NCBI RefSeq assembly: GCF_030684315.1 | Contig: NC_081400.1 | Coordinates: 8,437,464-8,501,463 of the forward strand | Source: Stegostoma tigrinum | Lineage: Eukaryota | DNA: 64,000 bases | Direction: 5' to 3' | Shown here: one piece after another, positions 13,672-26,315 of the stretch | Position numbering within the stretch: the stretch's first letter is position 1 | Layout: every line of letters starts with the position of its first letter | Notes under the pieces: generated by a model | The model's input: only the letters and a program-made list of their open reading frames with translations | The model's database searches: none | Told to the model about the DNA's origin: nothing | Position numbers and translations under genes: made by a program

Positions 13672-13690
13672 CCTCTATATATATATAGAT
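13604..13690 (+). repeat. Compound microsatellite (TATC)n/(TA)n/(TC)n
   Basis: Directly visible. Confidence 0.9.
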
Positions 13691-14744
13691 ATGTTTCTCT
13701 ACCAAGCTTGAGAAACAACAGGCAAACTTCAAAATAGATAGCTGAATGACTTGTGGATACAACGCTGAATTCAGAGAAGAAACAAGATTACACAATCTGC
13801 CCTTCATTCGGGCATTTCTTTTTCTTTATTTTAACTGTTTTTGTTTCTAAAATTCTGGCCAGGGCTATTTGTTATGGTAGCATTTAAAATAACATTGGAG
13901 TAATACATTCTCTTTCAATATAACCATACAACTCTTTTTATCTATTTGCCCATGTCATATTTATAATGTCACGTTCACTCCACCCAACATCACAAACTAG
14001 ATTTTGTTATTTCTCCAGCCAAGTAGCAAATTGTCTGCACTTCATGACATTTCTACGATGCAATAAGTTCTTATGAGCAATCGAGTTAGATTTTAAACAT
14101 GGGCTTTGCAGTTTTAACAATGTTTAGGGACACACCAAGTATTTCTCGCACTGCTGAATGATGTTGCATTACACGTCACCTCTGCATTATCCAGGGTGTG
14201 GCAGAAGCACAACTGTCCCCTCTTCTCTCACTCTTTACATCGCTGTGTCTTGTCTGTGAGTTTTGACATGACCGATCGAGTTCGTGGCAATGAAAGCCAA
14301 TAATAATATCGAACAGTAGCCAGTATGGGTAAGCTAGTTGTGGGACACAATGCATGATGGTGTCTTGGATCACAGCATGTACCCAAGCATTTCTTTTCAG
14401 AGTTGATTAAATATAATAAGAGAAGGCTTGACAACAGCAATTTGCTAAAATATGACTGACTGTGCATGGCTCGTATCTCTGACTGTTCAGGCATCTGTGC
14501 AAATGCTGTGTTCCTAGAACTATCACCACTCTGGCAGTGCTTCCAGGCACTGAGCACCCTGTGTGTCTTGTGCATTTATTTAAACATTCCCACTTCTCAA
14601 ATTAAACCTACAGCCTCTAGTATTTATCATTTTGACACTGATAACAAGAATCTGGATATCCATAGAAGTTACATCAGCAACTTTAGCACTGATGTGAATA
14701 ATGCATTGGAGAGAATACAACATTCTCGAAGTCATATAAGTGAT

Positions 14745-14970
14745 AATCAGAACTGCAGATGCTGGAGAATTCCGGATAACAAAGTGTGGAGCTGGATGAA
14801 CACAGCAGGCCAAGCAGCATCTCAGGAGCACAAAAGCTGACGTTTTGGGCCTAGACCCTAAATCAGAGACGCTCTCTGATGAAGGGTACAGGCCCGAAAT
14901 GCCAGCTTTTGAGCTCCTGAGATGCTGCTTGGCCTGCTGTGTTCATCCAGCTCCAAACTTTGCTATCTCG
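14745..14970. mobile_element. Inverted pair of Penelope pLTR fragments, each with a degenerate hammerhead motif
   Basis: About 14775-14869 is the approximate reverse complement of about 14872-14969. ctctgatgaagggtacaggcccgaaatgccag lies at 14874-14905. Confidence 0.8.
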
Positions 14971-15189
14971 AGTCATATATATTATTTTTAGCTGTTTAAG
15001 TCTCAGGGATGAAATGACAATGCAACACAATAGTAATCTAATAAAAATGATCTGGTTCAGTTGCAATTCATGCTAATTGACATGAAGTATTCCCTTTGTT
15101 GCACTTTCTTTAGTAAATAGCTCTACTTTGGCTGTGTGAATATTCAAACTATAGACAGAACAAGATGCATTTCACTTGCCCAGGTAAAA

Positions 15190-15487
15190 CACGAGGCAGC
15201 ATTACTGAATAGGCACCATTAACCCATCCCCAAATACCCACAGGGCAGTTGAGAATCAAACAAATTTCTGTGGGTCTGGAGATACATGTAGACCAGCTTC
15301 CTTCCCGAGAGGACATTAGTAAACCGGGCCAGTTTTTTCTTCCCTGATAATCAACATGGTTATCATAATTCCAGATTTTTATTAGTTCTAATTCCACCAT
15401 TTCCTCTGGGAGGACCTGAACCTAGCTCCTCGGGATGTTGTCTGGGTCCCTGGATTAACAATCCAGTGATACCACCACTGGACCATG
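15190..15487 (-). mobile_element. Second SINE family (same as 28062-28395)
   Basis: Reverse-complement similarity to 28062-28395 (aatctggaatt, actaatgtcc, tacatgt, aactgccct, ggatggg segments). Family not named. Confidence 0.6.
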
Positions 15488-16571
15488 TAGCTTACATGAT
15501 AGTCGAGCACTGAATGCTGTCCTGTTATATATCCTTGTGTGTTGTATCACTTTTAACTTCATTTTTATGGGATGCGGGTGTCACTGTATTGGCCAATCCT
15601 CGTCGGCTGAGAGGGTGGTAGTGAGCCGGCCTCTTGACCTATTGCAGTTCACTTACGAAGCTTTATTGCTGTTTCAATACCCCGAGGACTCTCTTGAAAT
15701 AAAATTCTCTACATCAACTTCAATGCACTGATATTTCTTCCAAATCCCATCCCAGCTCCTACTATTCCAACATATTACATGTGTATTCATTAAATACAAA
15801 ATTGCCATCTTTTGGATAAATCTTGCCTTTCCCTCACTTTATTCCATTTTCGCAGGCTCAAATCGCTCAGGAAATCTGACGAGGACAACAAGAATTTTCT
15901 GCATTGGTTCTTTTAAATTTCTGAGATCCTTTCACCTTTCTCCAGACTTATTTCCACTTTGGTAGCCAGGGCACCTGCATCCCTTTTCCACAGTATCACC
16001 ATTTCTTCCGCCCTCTCTGAGCATATAATTTTTCGGTCCTGTGTTCTGCTTCTGCCATTTTACACTTTCAGGTCATGCCATCCAGCACAAATTTGTTGAT
16101 GTCCCTCCCAGATATCTAGGTCCTCATTTTGCAGTGATCTCTTCTGAATAGTAAGAAACTTGTTCCAATCGAAAACAGTGACCTATGAGTCTCTAAAATC
16201 CAACATCATAAAAAAATGCAAATCATTTCCACCATTCCAACCCTCTCTCTGCCATCTCAGAACAAAAATATGTGCAAATGTGGAAATTTACTTCCGCCTG
16301 TTCTCTGCACAAATTGCGTCTTAAATCTGAGTCGATCATAAAAAGAGGAATTTTACCAACACATTGTGGGAGAGTTCTTGGAGTTAAGTACCAAGTCACT
16401 CTGCCGGTCACAGTTCACAATATTTCTGCATTTTTAAGCCACAATGGTTACACACAAACATTGGTATAAAACAATGCTTTACTGCAAAAGCAGGATGCAC
16501 CTTTTTGTGATGATGTGAGTTTTATTCTGAAGAGACATAGTGAAGGCAGAAGTGGAGACACAGCTACTGAA

Positions 16572-18326
16572 ACAAGATAACAAAGTGTGGAGCTGGATGA
16601 AAACAGCAGGCCAAGCAGCATCACAGGAGCACAAAAGCTGACGTTTCAGGCCGAGACCCTTCATCAGAGAGGGGGATGGGGAGAGGGTTCTGGAATAAAC
16701 AGGGAGAGGTGGGAGGTGGACTGAAGATGGTGAGAAAAGAAGATAGGTGGAGAGGAGTGTATAGGTTGGGAGGTAGGGAGGGGATAGGTCAGTCCAGGGA
16801 AGATGGACAAGTCAAGGAGGCGGGATGAGGTTAATAGGTAGGAAATGGAGGTGCAGCTTGAGGAGGGAGGAAGGGATGGGTGAGAGGAAGAACAGGTTAG
16901 AGAAGCGGAGACAGGCTGTGCTGGTTTTGGGATGCAGTGGGGGGAGGGGACGAGCTGGGCTGGTTGAGTGATGCAGTGGGGGGAGGGGGTATTTTGAAGC
17001 TTTTGAAGTCCACATTGATACCATTGGGCTGCAGGGTTCCTAAGCGGAATATGAGTTGCTGTTCTTGCACTCTTCGGGTAGCATTATTGTGGCACTGCAG
17101 GAGGCCCATGATGGACCAGTCGTCTGAGGAATGGGAGGTGGTGTTAAAATGGTTCGCGATTGGGAGGTGCAGTTATTTATTGCGAACCGAGCGGAGGTGT
17201 TCTGCAAAGCGGTCCACAATCATCCGCTTGGTTTCCCCAAAGTAGAGGAAGCCACACCGGGTACAATGGATACAGTATACCACATTGGCAGATGTACAGG
17301 TGAACATCTGCTTAATATGGAAGGTCATATTGGGGCCTGGGATGGCAGTGAGGGAGGAGGTGTGGGGGAAAGTGTAGCACTTCCTGAGGTTGCAGGGGAA
17401 GTTGCCAGGTGTGGTGGGGTTGGAAGGTAGTGTGGTGCAGACAAGGGAGTCACAGAAGGAGTCGTCTCCCCGGAAGGCAGACAAGGGTGGGGCTGGTAAA
17501 ATGTTTTGGGTGGTGCGGTCGGATTGTAGATGGTGCAAGTATCAGAGGATGATGCGTTGTATCCGGAGTTTGGTGGGGTGATATGTGAGAACGAGGGGGA
17601 TCCTCTTGGGGCGGTTGTGGTTCAGGCGGGGTGCGAGGGATGTGTTGCAGGAAATGCGGGAGACATGGTCAAGGGCGTTCTCGACCACTGTGTGGGGAAA
17701 GTTGCTGTCCTTGAAGAATATGGGCATCTGGGATGTGCGGGAGTGGAATGCCTCATCCTGGGAGCAGATGCGGTGGAGGCGGAGGAATTGGGAATAGGCG
17801 ATGGAATTTTTGCAGGAGGGTGGGTGTGAGGAGGTGTATTTTCGGTAGCTGTGGGAGTCAGTGGGCTTGAAATGGACGTCAGTTTCTAGCTGGTTACCTG
17901 AGATGGAGACTGAGAGTTCCAGGACAGTGAGAGATGTGTTGGAAATGGCACAGGTGAACTTGAGGTTGCAGTGGAAGGTGTTGGTGAACTGGAAGAACTG
18001 TTCGAGCTCCTCTGGGGAGCAAGAGACAGCACTGATACGGTCATCAATGTAACGGACCTGTCTGTCTTCCCTGGAATGACCTATCCCCTCCCTTCCTCCT
18101 CAACTATACTCTCCTTTCCACCGTTCTTCTTTTCTCTCCATCTTTGGTCCACCTCCCCCTCTCACCCTATTTATTCCAGAAACCTCTCCCCATCCCCCTC
18201 TCTGAAGAAGGGTCTGGGCCTGAAATGTCTGCCTTTGTGCTCTTGAGATGCTGCTTGGCCTGCTTTGTTCATCCAGATTCACACTTTGTTATCTTGGATT
18301 CTCCAGCATCTGCAGTTCCCACAGTC
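16572..18326 (-). mobile_element. Penelope-like element, 5'-truncated (RT C-terminus plus GIY-YIG endonuclease), with an inverted pLTR at 18053-18325
   Basis: ORF 17173-17538 has NVVYCIHCTRCGFLYFGETKR (GIY-YIG). Flanked by a 13/14 matching TSD (acacagctactgaa 16558-16571, acacagctgctgaa 18327-18340). Confidence 0.9.
16638..16669 (-). ncRNA. Minimal type I hammerhead ribozyme motif in a Penelope pLTR
   Basis: Minus strand ctCTGATGAagggtctcggcctGAAAcGTCag: intact CUGAUGA and GAAA cores, stem II, palindromic ACGT stem III, GUC site. Confidence 0.75.
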
Positions 18327-19399
18327 ACACAGCTGCTGAAGACAGCTTAAGTAAAGAACTTTCAGACCTCTCAGATTTTTTGAAAGTTAGAATAATAGAA
18401 GCAGCTGGAATCAAATGGCCAGCGCTCAAAGACCTGGCCATCTCTCCGAAGAGTTGGAGATTCAGTGACTGATTCCTGATTGCTACCTTCTCTAGAATTT
18501 CTCTTGCTTTTTTTCTCTCTCTCTCTCTACTTGATCAGAGAACTGCATGGAAGGATCTGAATTTGCCTTTTTGACAAAAGGGTGTTTCTGGGGCATTGCT
18601 AAACTGGAACAGTTAATTAGTAATAGGTGCTGTATCTATTGTTCAATGAAGTCTTCCAATATTTAAGTATTTTGAAATTAATCTTTCTTTTGTTTGTATT
18701 TTGATGATAATATTTAAATAAATTGTGTTTTGCTTAAGTTAGGGTATGGGCTACCTGTTGAAAATATCTGGAGAGGGTCTGATCTGGTCCGTAACAAAGT
18801 ATGTGCTCTTGTATGTCTTAAAAATCTACACTTCCAATTTGATTGTTCGACTCAAAGGTGGCAAATGGTAGGTGTTAGTGTCTTGTCTCTCATGTTGAGT
18901 TTGGTTGGCATCAACAGGGTGAGCCTTTCGTAGTAACTGTTCTTTCAGGGACTAACAGTTTTCTGAGTCGGGAAGAAGTTACAAAAAGTGAGCAAGGCAA
19001 AGATGGTGGAAACGGCAGGCAAGCTGGAGTTGTTGTCGCCTGGGTCTAAGGGAAAATGGGAGATAATTGCAGCAATAGCTCAACACTTGAAATTGCTGGG
19101 AATACCATCAGAATCTTTGGAAATGACTAGAATTCAATTGCCGATGGAGCTGCTGGAACATGAAAAGGAAATGGATGTCAATCTTCAAAGTTGTGTTCAT
19201 AAGTGCGCAACCACATTAGGATGCAATCTTGGGACCAAATAGCTTCTACTGTTTTCTCATTGACGTTTCTACCATTTCAAGTTCAGAGCTGGGGAACTTC
19301 ACTGATAATTGTACGATATCCACATCAGTGAAGACTCCTCAGAGTTTGAAGCTGGTCGTGCCAATTCACAGCAAACCAAGACCAAAATTCCCCGAAAAC

Positions 19400-19570
19400 A
19401 GAGTGTGGGGCTGGATGAACACAGCAGGCCAAGCAGCATCTCAGGAGCACAAAAGCTGACGTTTCAGGCCTCAACCCTTCATCAGAGAGGGGAATGGGGA
19501 GAGGGTTCTGATACTCTTCTCTCCAAATGTCTTCTCCTCTGTCCAGCTTCGATACACCTCCCCCTCTTTC
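19400..19570 (-). mobile_element. Penelope pLTR fragment with hammerhead motif (19456-19487)
   Basis: ctgacgtttcaggcctcaacccttcatcagag is the reverse complement of the hammerhead core. Flanks match the pLTR at 16575-16690. Confidence 0.75.
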
Positions 19571-20074
19571 CCTTACTATTTCACAAGTGTTACGTTGAAG
19601 GAGCGTTTTTTTTGGATTTGGGAAACTGCAGAAGCAGGAAGATCTCTACTGGCTTCAGAAACCGAAGTAATAGTGGAAGTCCCACGTTGTGAGAAGAGAT
19701 GACAGGTATAATATTTCAAGAAGTTTCGTGATCTCACGATGGATTTGGTTTTTGGGCAGCTTTCAGAGATTGGATGGATTGTAGGAGCTGGGTGATTTTT
19801 CAGAAATATTTTGTTCAGGAATTGCTGGAGAGCAACATTTTTTGCATGCTAGGAGTGTGTCATCAAATGGAGAGATGAGCAGTATTGCTGAGAACAAAAA
19901 TGAAAACAATAAATAACCAACTGGCACAGGACAAACATACGTGCATAGATTTGGCTACAGGCTGGCATAATATGCAACAAAAAGCAAAACAATCATGACT
20001 ATAAAGTAAAATCAGATTGCAACTTTCATGACTGACCCAATTTTAGGATGGACTTGGAGATATGGGCAGCATTT

Positions 20075-20891
20075 TACACACTACAGCACAGAGGAACTAC
20101 GAAGAGCAGAAGAAAATCACCTATACAGCATATTCAAACAGAACGTGTACCCAATGAACACAGTCCCACGATTTCTCAGCAACAAACCCAAACAAACAGA
20201 CAAAACGGGCCCAGAAACCATAACCACTCTTCCCTACATGAAAGACATTTCGGAAATGACTGCCAGACTACTCAGATTTCTTGGCATCAGGGTAGCCCAC
20301 AAACACACCAACACTCTAAAACAGCAGCTAATGAACTTAAAAGACCCTTTACAGACAACAAGCAAAATGAATGCCATCTACAAAATACCTTGCAAGAACT
20401 GCAACAAACACTACATTGGACAAACAGGCAGAAAGCTAGCCACCACGATGCATGAACATCAATTAGCCACAAAGCGACATGATCCACTGTCACTAGTATC
20501 CTTACATACAGATGAGGAAGGACACCACTTTGATTGGGACAACACATGCATCCTAGGACAAGCCAAACAGAGACACGCACGCGAATTCCCAGAAGCATGG
20601 CATTCCAACCGGAACTCCATCAACAAACACATTGATTTGGAGCCAATCTACCATCCACTGAGAAAAGGAACAGGAAATGACATCACCAACGCAGGAAATG
20701 ACATCACCACCCCAAGGAAACCTGAACAGATCAATAGAAAGCGGGACGTAACACCAGCGCTTCATCGGAGGCTCACTGATGATGTTACCTAGAATGGTGA
20801 CGAAAACGTCTGAAAACTAACCTTCCAGCTCAGCGAGCAAACTCACATCCAAAACTCAACCTGAGCTACAAATCTTCTCCAAACTCGCTAA
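20075..20891 (+). mobile_element. Penelope-like element, second (Poseidon-like) family: 3' GIY-YIG endonuclease and pLTR
   Basis: ORF 20028-20792 contains AIYKIPCKNCNKHYIGQTGRKLATTMHEH and HHFDWDNTCIL. Confidence 0.9.
20773..20813 (+). ncRNA. Type I hammerhead ribozyme motif of the Poseidon-like pLTR
   Basis: tca-CTGATGA-t-gttacc-tagaat-ggtgac-GAAA-ac-GTC-tga: stem I tca/tga, stem II gttacc/ggtgac. It has one extra A relative to the copy at 57648-57662. Confidence 0.75.
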
Positions 20892-20894
20892 TAC

Positions 20895-23600
20895 TTGATG
20901 AACTTCTGTCTATTTCTTGTGTGCACGACCATGTCACGTTCCTCATTTCCTGACAGCGACTGTAATTTTAAGATCTTAACATTCGCGGATATATTCAGAT
21001 TCTTCTCTCGTCAAAGTTTTGATTAAAAAACTGCATTAATTTTTCATTTCTATCCTGTAATTCAGTTAATTTTCTGCACTGAAAGTATCCAGTTCTTCTC
21101 CACCTATTCTTATTCTTTTTCTCAACTAGTAGATCAAACATTTTCTCTGAGAAATGAACTTCAGTTATCTTCTATTTATTTTCTGGTTTCTCCTCCTGCT
21201 TCAACTTAGTTCCCACACATTCAGGAAGCAGCTCACGTTGTTCTTCCTGGATCACCTGAGTTGTCTGATTTTCTGCTGGCACTTCAAACACATTCGGGAT
21301 CATTCCCACCTGCAATCCCGCTATTTCATTACTAAGGATAAATTGAATTCCTGGAATTGCGATTTTCTCTATCAGGCCTATCACCCCTTGACCACTTTCC
21401 CCCGGACTCCCAAAACTTACTTTATACAATGGAACACTAATATATTTTCCGCAAAATTGCACATATTACCCTTCTTTTTTTCTGATAGTTGCCCTTCTGA
21501 AATATCTATCTCCTCGTGTCTCAACATTAAATATTGATTTAATCCCGTGTCTCTTAAAATTTTAATTTGTTTAATTAATAAACATGCTCCTCCTGGCATC
21601 TATGAACAAGTAAATTTGTTAAAGAATTCTGACACGGTCCTCTCAACCAACCCGTTCTGTGGCACCCATTCTGGGGCAGCTTTTTTTTTACATTTCACTG
21701 TGCTTTCCTCTACAGTGATAAACTCACTGGTTTATCCTGTTTTGCCACAAATGTGTTCCAATTCTTTTCTTTTGTAAAAGCTATCAACACTGTGACTTCA
21801 CGTGGCCTCCTTCATTGCACTGAAAAGAAGTGATTGTTTTTACTTATCTTTCCCCTAATGGGTTTACATTTTATGCTTTGATATCCTTATCCTCGTCAGG
21901 ATATCCTTTAACCTTATTCCAGATTTCACTTTTTCACAATTCCTAACTATCACAGACTGGATTTGATGTCGGAGGTGAAAATTGATTTGTGAGCGAAGTC
22001 ATAACCAACTGCTCCAAATCTTGCAGTTTTAACCCTCTGCTCTTCCCCATGACTTCTCGATAGTTGAGAATGTGAGTTTTTGAACACCTACAAACTAGAC
22101 GTCTTTCCAAGATGTTGGTCCATTATAAAGTCCTTTATCTATCTCTCAAAATTAGTTTGCTCCTTTCAAACTCGATGTACATTGGATGAGGGTCCCTCCT
22201 TAGATTCCTGAAACATTGTCTTTTGGTGCCTGGTAATAGCTCATATGCACTGAAGATGACATTTTTCAACTTGTGACGCTCCCCAAATGCCTCCTCTGGT
22301 AGAGATGCAAATACTTCACCACCTCTACCTATCAGACTTGTTTGGTCATTACTACCCACATGGTCACTGGCAATCTTATTGGTTTAGCTCCTTTCTCAAC
22401 TGAAACACAAAAGCTCCTATATCCTTCCTGTCAAATGTAGGCAATGGTTTCACATATTTAAACAAATCTACATCGGACTTTTGGCTACGATAAGATTGGT
22501 CATCATCACTATCCTTCTCACTAAACCTACCTTCTAACAGCTCTTCCACCCTTTTGAATTGACTATCTTTCCCAACTGACTTCTGACTTTCAAACACTCC
22601 TACTTTTTGCATTTCATCTGCTTTGGTCTTTGTTTTTTTTTCTCCTTCTCCTGCCTTCACTAGTAATTCAAAAGGTTTCATTTCATTACTCTTTCTTTTT
22701 GTTCAGCTGTGGGTATTCTTTCCCTTCATTTAAATTCTGCAGGGGCTATCACTTCCCGTGCAATTGTATCTCATTCAATTTGCTTCACTTGCAATTGAAT
22801 TATCGCCATTTCCAATCACTCCAATAGCATTCTTGGCAATTGCAAATTCCACGTATTTGCCACAATTATTTCCCTTTTTCTCACTGACATAGGCAACTCA
22901 ACTCCATTTTTCTTTTGCCAAGTATAAAAGGTTTTCCTTACTCACTTTTTGTAAAACTTCACAAGTAACTCACTCAACCCTCAGGAACGGTTCATTGACT
23001 GAGCTATTGCTACAAAAAGTACAAACTCATTAACCCAACTGAATTCAACAACTGAGACAAAAAAAGCACTCGATGCCTTTGAGTGCAATAACTCTAAATC
23101 CTACTTTGAATTTCAGATTTTGATCCCAACAAGCGCTTTCAATTTCTTAAGTGCCAGACAAAACCCCTTCAAACTATTCAGAAGATGGTATAGATGCTAA
23201 CTTGGTCTTATTTCCAATGTAATATTTTGCATTCCAGATGAAATTCAAATCGTCAAATGTTCCAGACTCAAAACAAAATACATTTTATCTGTCTTTAATG
23301 ACATCAGCAATGTAACTCTATTGGAAAACTTAACAGGATAATAGATGCAATGACTATGAAGATTTCCCTGACCGCTGCCTTAAAACCCCTCTTCAAAATA
23401 CCCAGTACAAAATAACCTGTGGAAGCCTCAGCCTCAACACAGTTAGTAATTGACACTCCCCAACTGAGCTTTTCTTTTGTATACAGATGTAACTCAGATG
23501 TTGTATAAAGGTCAAAATTTGTGGAAGAATGCTTCTCATAGAGATAGAATCTGCAACTCACTGCCTATACCCCTGATAACGGGAGCTTTCCTCAACACCA
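20895..23600 (-). mobile_element. Gypsy (Gmr1-like) gag/protease relic with adjoining LTR relic
   Basis: ORFs 22376-22681 (DLFKYVKPLPTFDRKDIGAF), 22135-22359, and 21417-21599 with protease motif ILRDTG. LTR boundary approximate. Confidence 0.65.
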
Positions 23601-23949
23601 CTGAAGACTATTTCAATGCATGAACAAGGCATACAAGGATATGGGCCACGATCAGGACAAGTAATCTGAGGTGATTGGTTTTGTCTGGTCACATTTCAAT
23701 GGACTTACCACTGCTTGTCAGAACAGCATAATCACTATGAGTCCACCACTACTGTCACAAAGTGACAGTCACATGATCAAGATAATAGGTCTGCACATCA
23801 TTGAACTGTGAAACTCCCAATTCAACCCTCGAGTGATCAGTCACTTATTAAAAGTTATAGTTATCGATCTGATAGCATTCTTTACTCGAAGGAGTTCCCC
23901 TTATTATTTACAACACTATCATTTTTCATGCCAGCTGCAAGCGCAGTTA

Positions 23950-25220
23950 TCATACTTCTTGCATTCAGTCTATGTCATTAATGTATTCATCGCGCACCAA
24001 ATCCTCTAACTCTCCAGTGAATGCAGGCTTCCTGTCACAAGAACACCCATCGACTATCACCCAATGCATCCTGCCTAATTAAGTCTGATAAGGATTCAAT
24101 TGCCAAATTCCCCAATATCCTAGCATCTCTTCACAACTTTCCAGTCTGCCCAAGTCTTGTTAATGGTCATCACTGAAGTCTATGTATTCTATATCATCTG
24201 CATTTCCCTCATGTACGCAGCTGGTCACCTCACCAAAAAAAAAACAATGAATGTTGTAGACAGTAGTCCGTTTATCAAATCCATGCTACTTTATTCTTGC
24301 CTGCCCCACAGAAGATTAATTATGCTCCCCTGATGCTTCCCAATATCCGCTTTCAACCATTTTAAAACTGCAAATATCTGTTTTCCTTTAATATACTTTC
24401 TTCAAGTATCCTGCAGTCCCCTTCATGATTCATTTGCCTACATTATTCTTTTCTACAGTGAAACCAATGCTAACATTTTATTTGAAAATCCAACTCTATC
24501 TTCTGACTCCAAACACATTCTGACACTTTCGTTACTAATGGTCAATATGATGTGCCTGGCAGCATTTTCAAGTATTTATGAATCGCACTTAAATTTTCCG
24601 TAAAGTTAGCCATTCGTATTTTTTTAAAATTTCTACTCTTTTGTCTTAAAGCAAACAGTTTCACGTCATATACTTCTCTATGTCGTAGACTATTTTGAGC
24701 CTATTTACAACAAGCTTCTTTTTCCCGTATTTAATCCTGCACATCCCTTGACATTCAGGGTTCTTAACCTTATTGTTTCCACTGTTCACCTTTGTATGAA
24801 AACGTCGAGGCCACATTTTCACTATTGTTCTATATTACAAGATCCCACGTTATCATATTAAAATTGGCATTCCAAAATTCATAACCTTTATCTATGACTA
24901 CCTTAAGTCTGATTGTGTTCTGGTCATGATCACTGAAATTGACCCCTCCTGTCATGTCTGAAGCTTGACCCGCTTTCTTGGCTAAAATGGGTCCAAGGCC
25001 AATCCGTCTATCGTTGATGTTCTATATGCTCTCTTCAAAAACAATTCTCCTGCATGCATTTCAAGAATTATGAAATGCATAAAATCCAATGACATGCTTT
25101 TCATCCTAATTAATATTGAGGAATTTGGAATCTTCTATTATTACTATCAATTATTATTACACACCCCTGAGCTATGCCTGCATATCTGTCTCTCTATTTT
25201 TAAGGTATATCCACATATTT
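23950..25220 (-). mobile_element. Very decayed CR1 ORF2 relic
   Basis: Patchy similarity to the CR1 relic at 38500-40200. No ORF. Confidence 0.45.
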
Positions 25221-26254
25221 AAAACCTTTTAACATATCAAACTTCGATTCTTCAGGAAGTGACACTTTGAGCAATAGTGGAACAAAATCTTCTCTTCGAC
25301 ACACATCCTCGTCTTCCAAAGGCATCTCGACTGAAGACCTCAGTGCCCGAAATATGTTGTAGAATCAGAGCAAGGACGTGAATTTTATAAAACTTAACCT
25401 CAGCTTTCTACCTTTGATTATCTTCAAACTATAAAAACTGGTCATTCTCTTGGTAAACCATTGCAATAGAGAATGCCTATAGTCTCATTATCAATAATGT
25501 TTTAAGCAGAGTATGTTAAAAAAATTGAATTCCACAGCTGCTGAGTGGTAAGCTCATTGTGCTTGCAGTTCTGGCGCTGAAAAAAAATTGGTTTCTATGT
25601 GTGTGTTTTTTTTAAAAAGAGGATAGATAATGATGTAACATATAACATAATGGGAAATGTTTCGGGACAAGTACAATGTAGCTTCCTCGCTGTGCTGGAT
25701 TACAAGAGTCATCAGGAGCTGTTGCAATCCTTCAACATGTGGAGAGATGCAGCAGTGAGTAACATAAAGCAAATTGTGTTTGAAGAAATGACTGAAAGGA
25801 TGGGTGCACGTGATTGAAAGAGTGATAACTGAATTGCATTTGGATACTGGATCGCAGTCAGGAGTAAAAGGATGACTGGATATCTATCTAGAAGACAGTA
25901 AACTCAGCAGATGCTGGAATCAGAGATAGCGCAGTCTGGAGCTGTAGGAGCACAGCAGGCCAGGCAGCATGAGAGGAGCAGGAAAGATGTTTTGTTGTTC
26001 TGGGTGTCACACTGTGCACAAAACGCTTTACCCTACATGAATTTCAAGGAGAAAGTACTCTTTTGCCATTGATTTTGTGCCCTTTGGATATTTACGAGAC
26101 TGTGCATGTGCAATTCTTCATGACTGAAAATGTATGTACAGAAAAAGAAGAAATAAAGAAGGTCTCCAATTCGAAACGTGGACTTCCAAGCTTCACTTGT
26201 ACTGTCTGACCTTCTGCGTTCCTCCAGATCCACACTGTGTTCTTTCTGTCTGTC

Positions 26255-26315
26255 CATCTATCTATCTATCAACCTACCTACCTACCTAGCTACCTCCCCA
26301 CCTACCTACCCACTT
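26255..26315 (+). repeat. (CTAT)n/(CTAC)n microsatellite
   Basis: Directly visible. Confidence 0.8.

Larger units (their letters stand above)
16507..19170 (+). mobile_element. Gypsy 5' LTR (16507-18796, split by a Penelope insertion) followed by a gag N-terminal relic
   Basis: LTR ends ggtccgtaaca at about 18796. ORF 18988-19242 resembles the gag N-terminal relics at about 22700-22950 (minus) and about 53400-53600. Confidence 0.65.

Noticed and set aside
14176-14575. Hydrophobic minus-strand ORFs as the TM exon of a second receptor
   Set aside because: No consistent frame or splice sites, and no associated Ig exon found.
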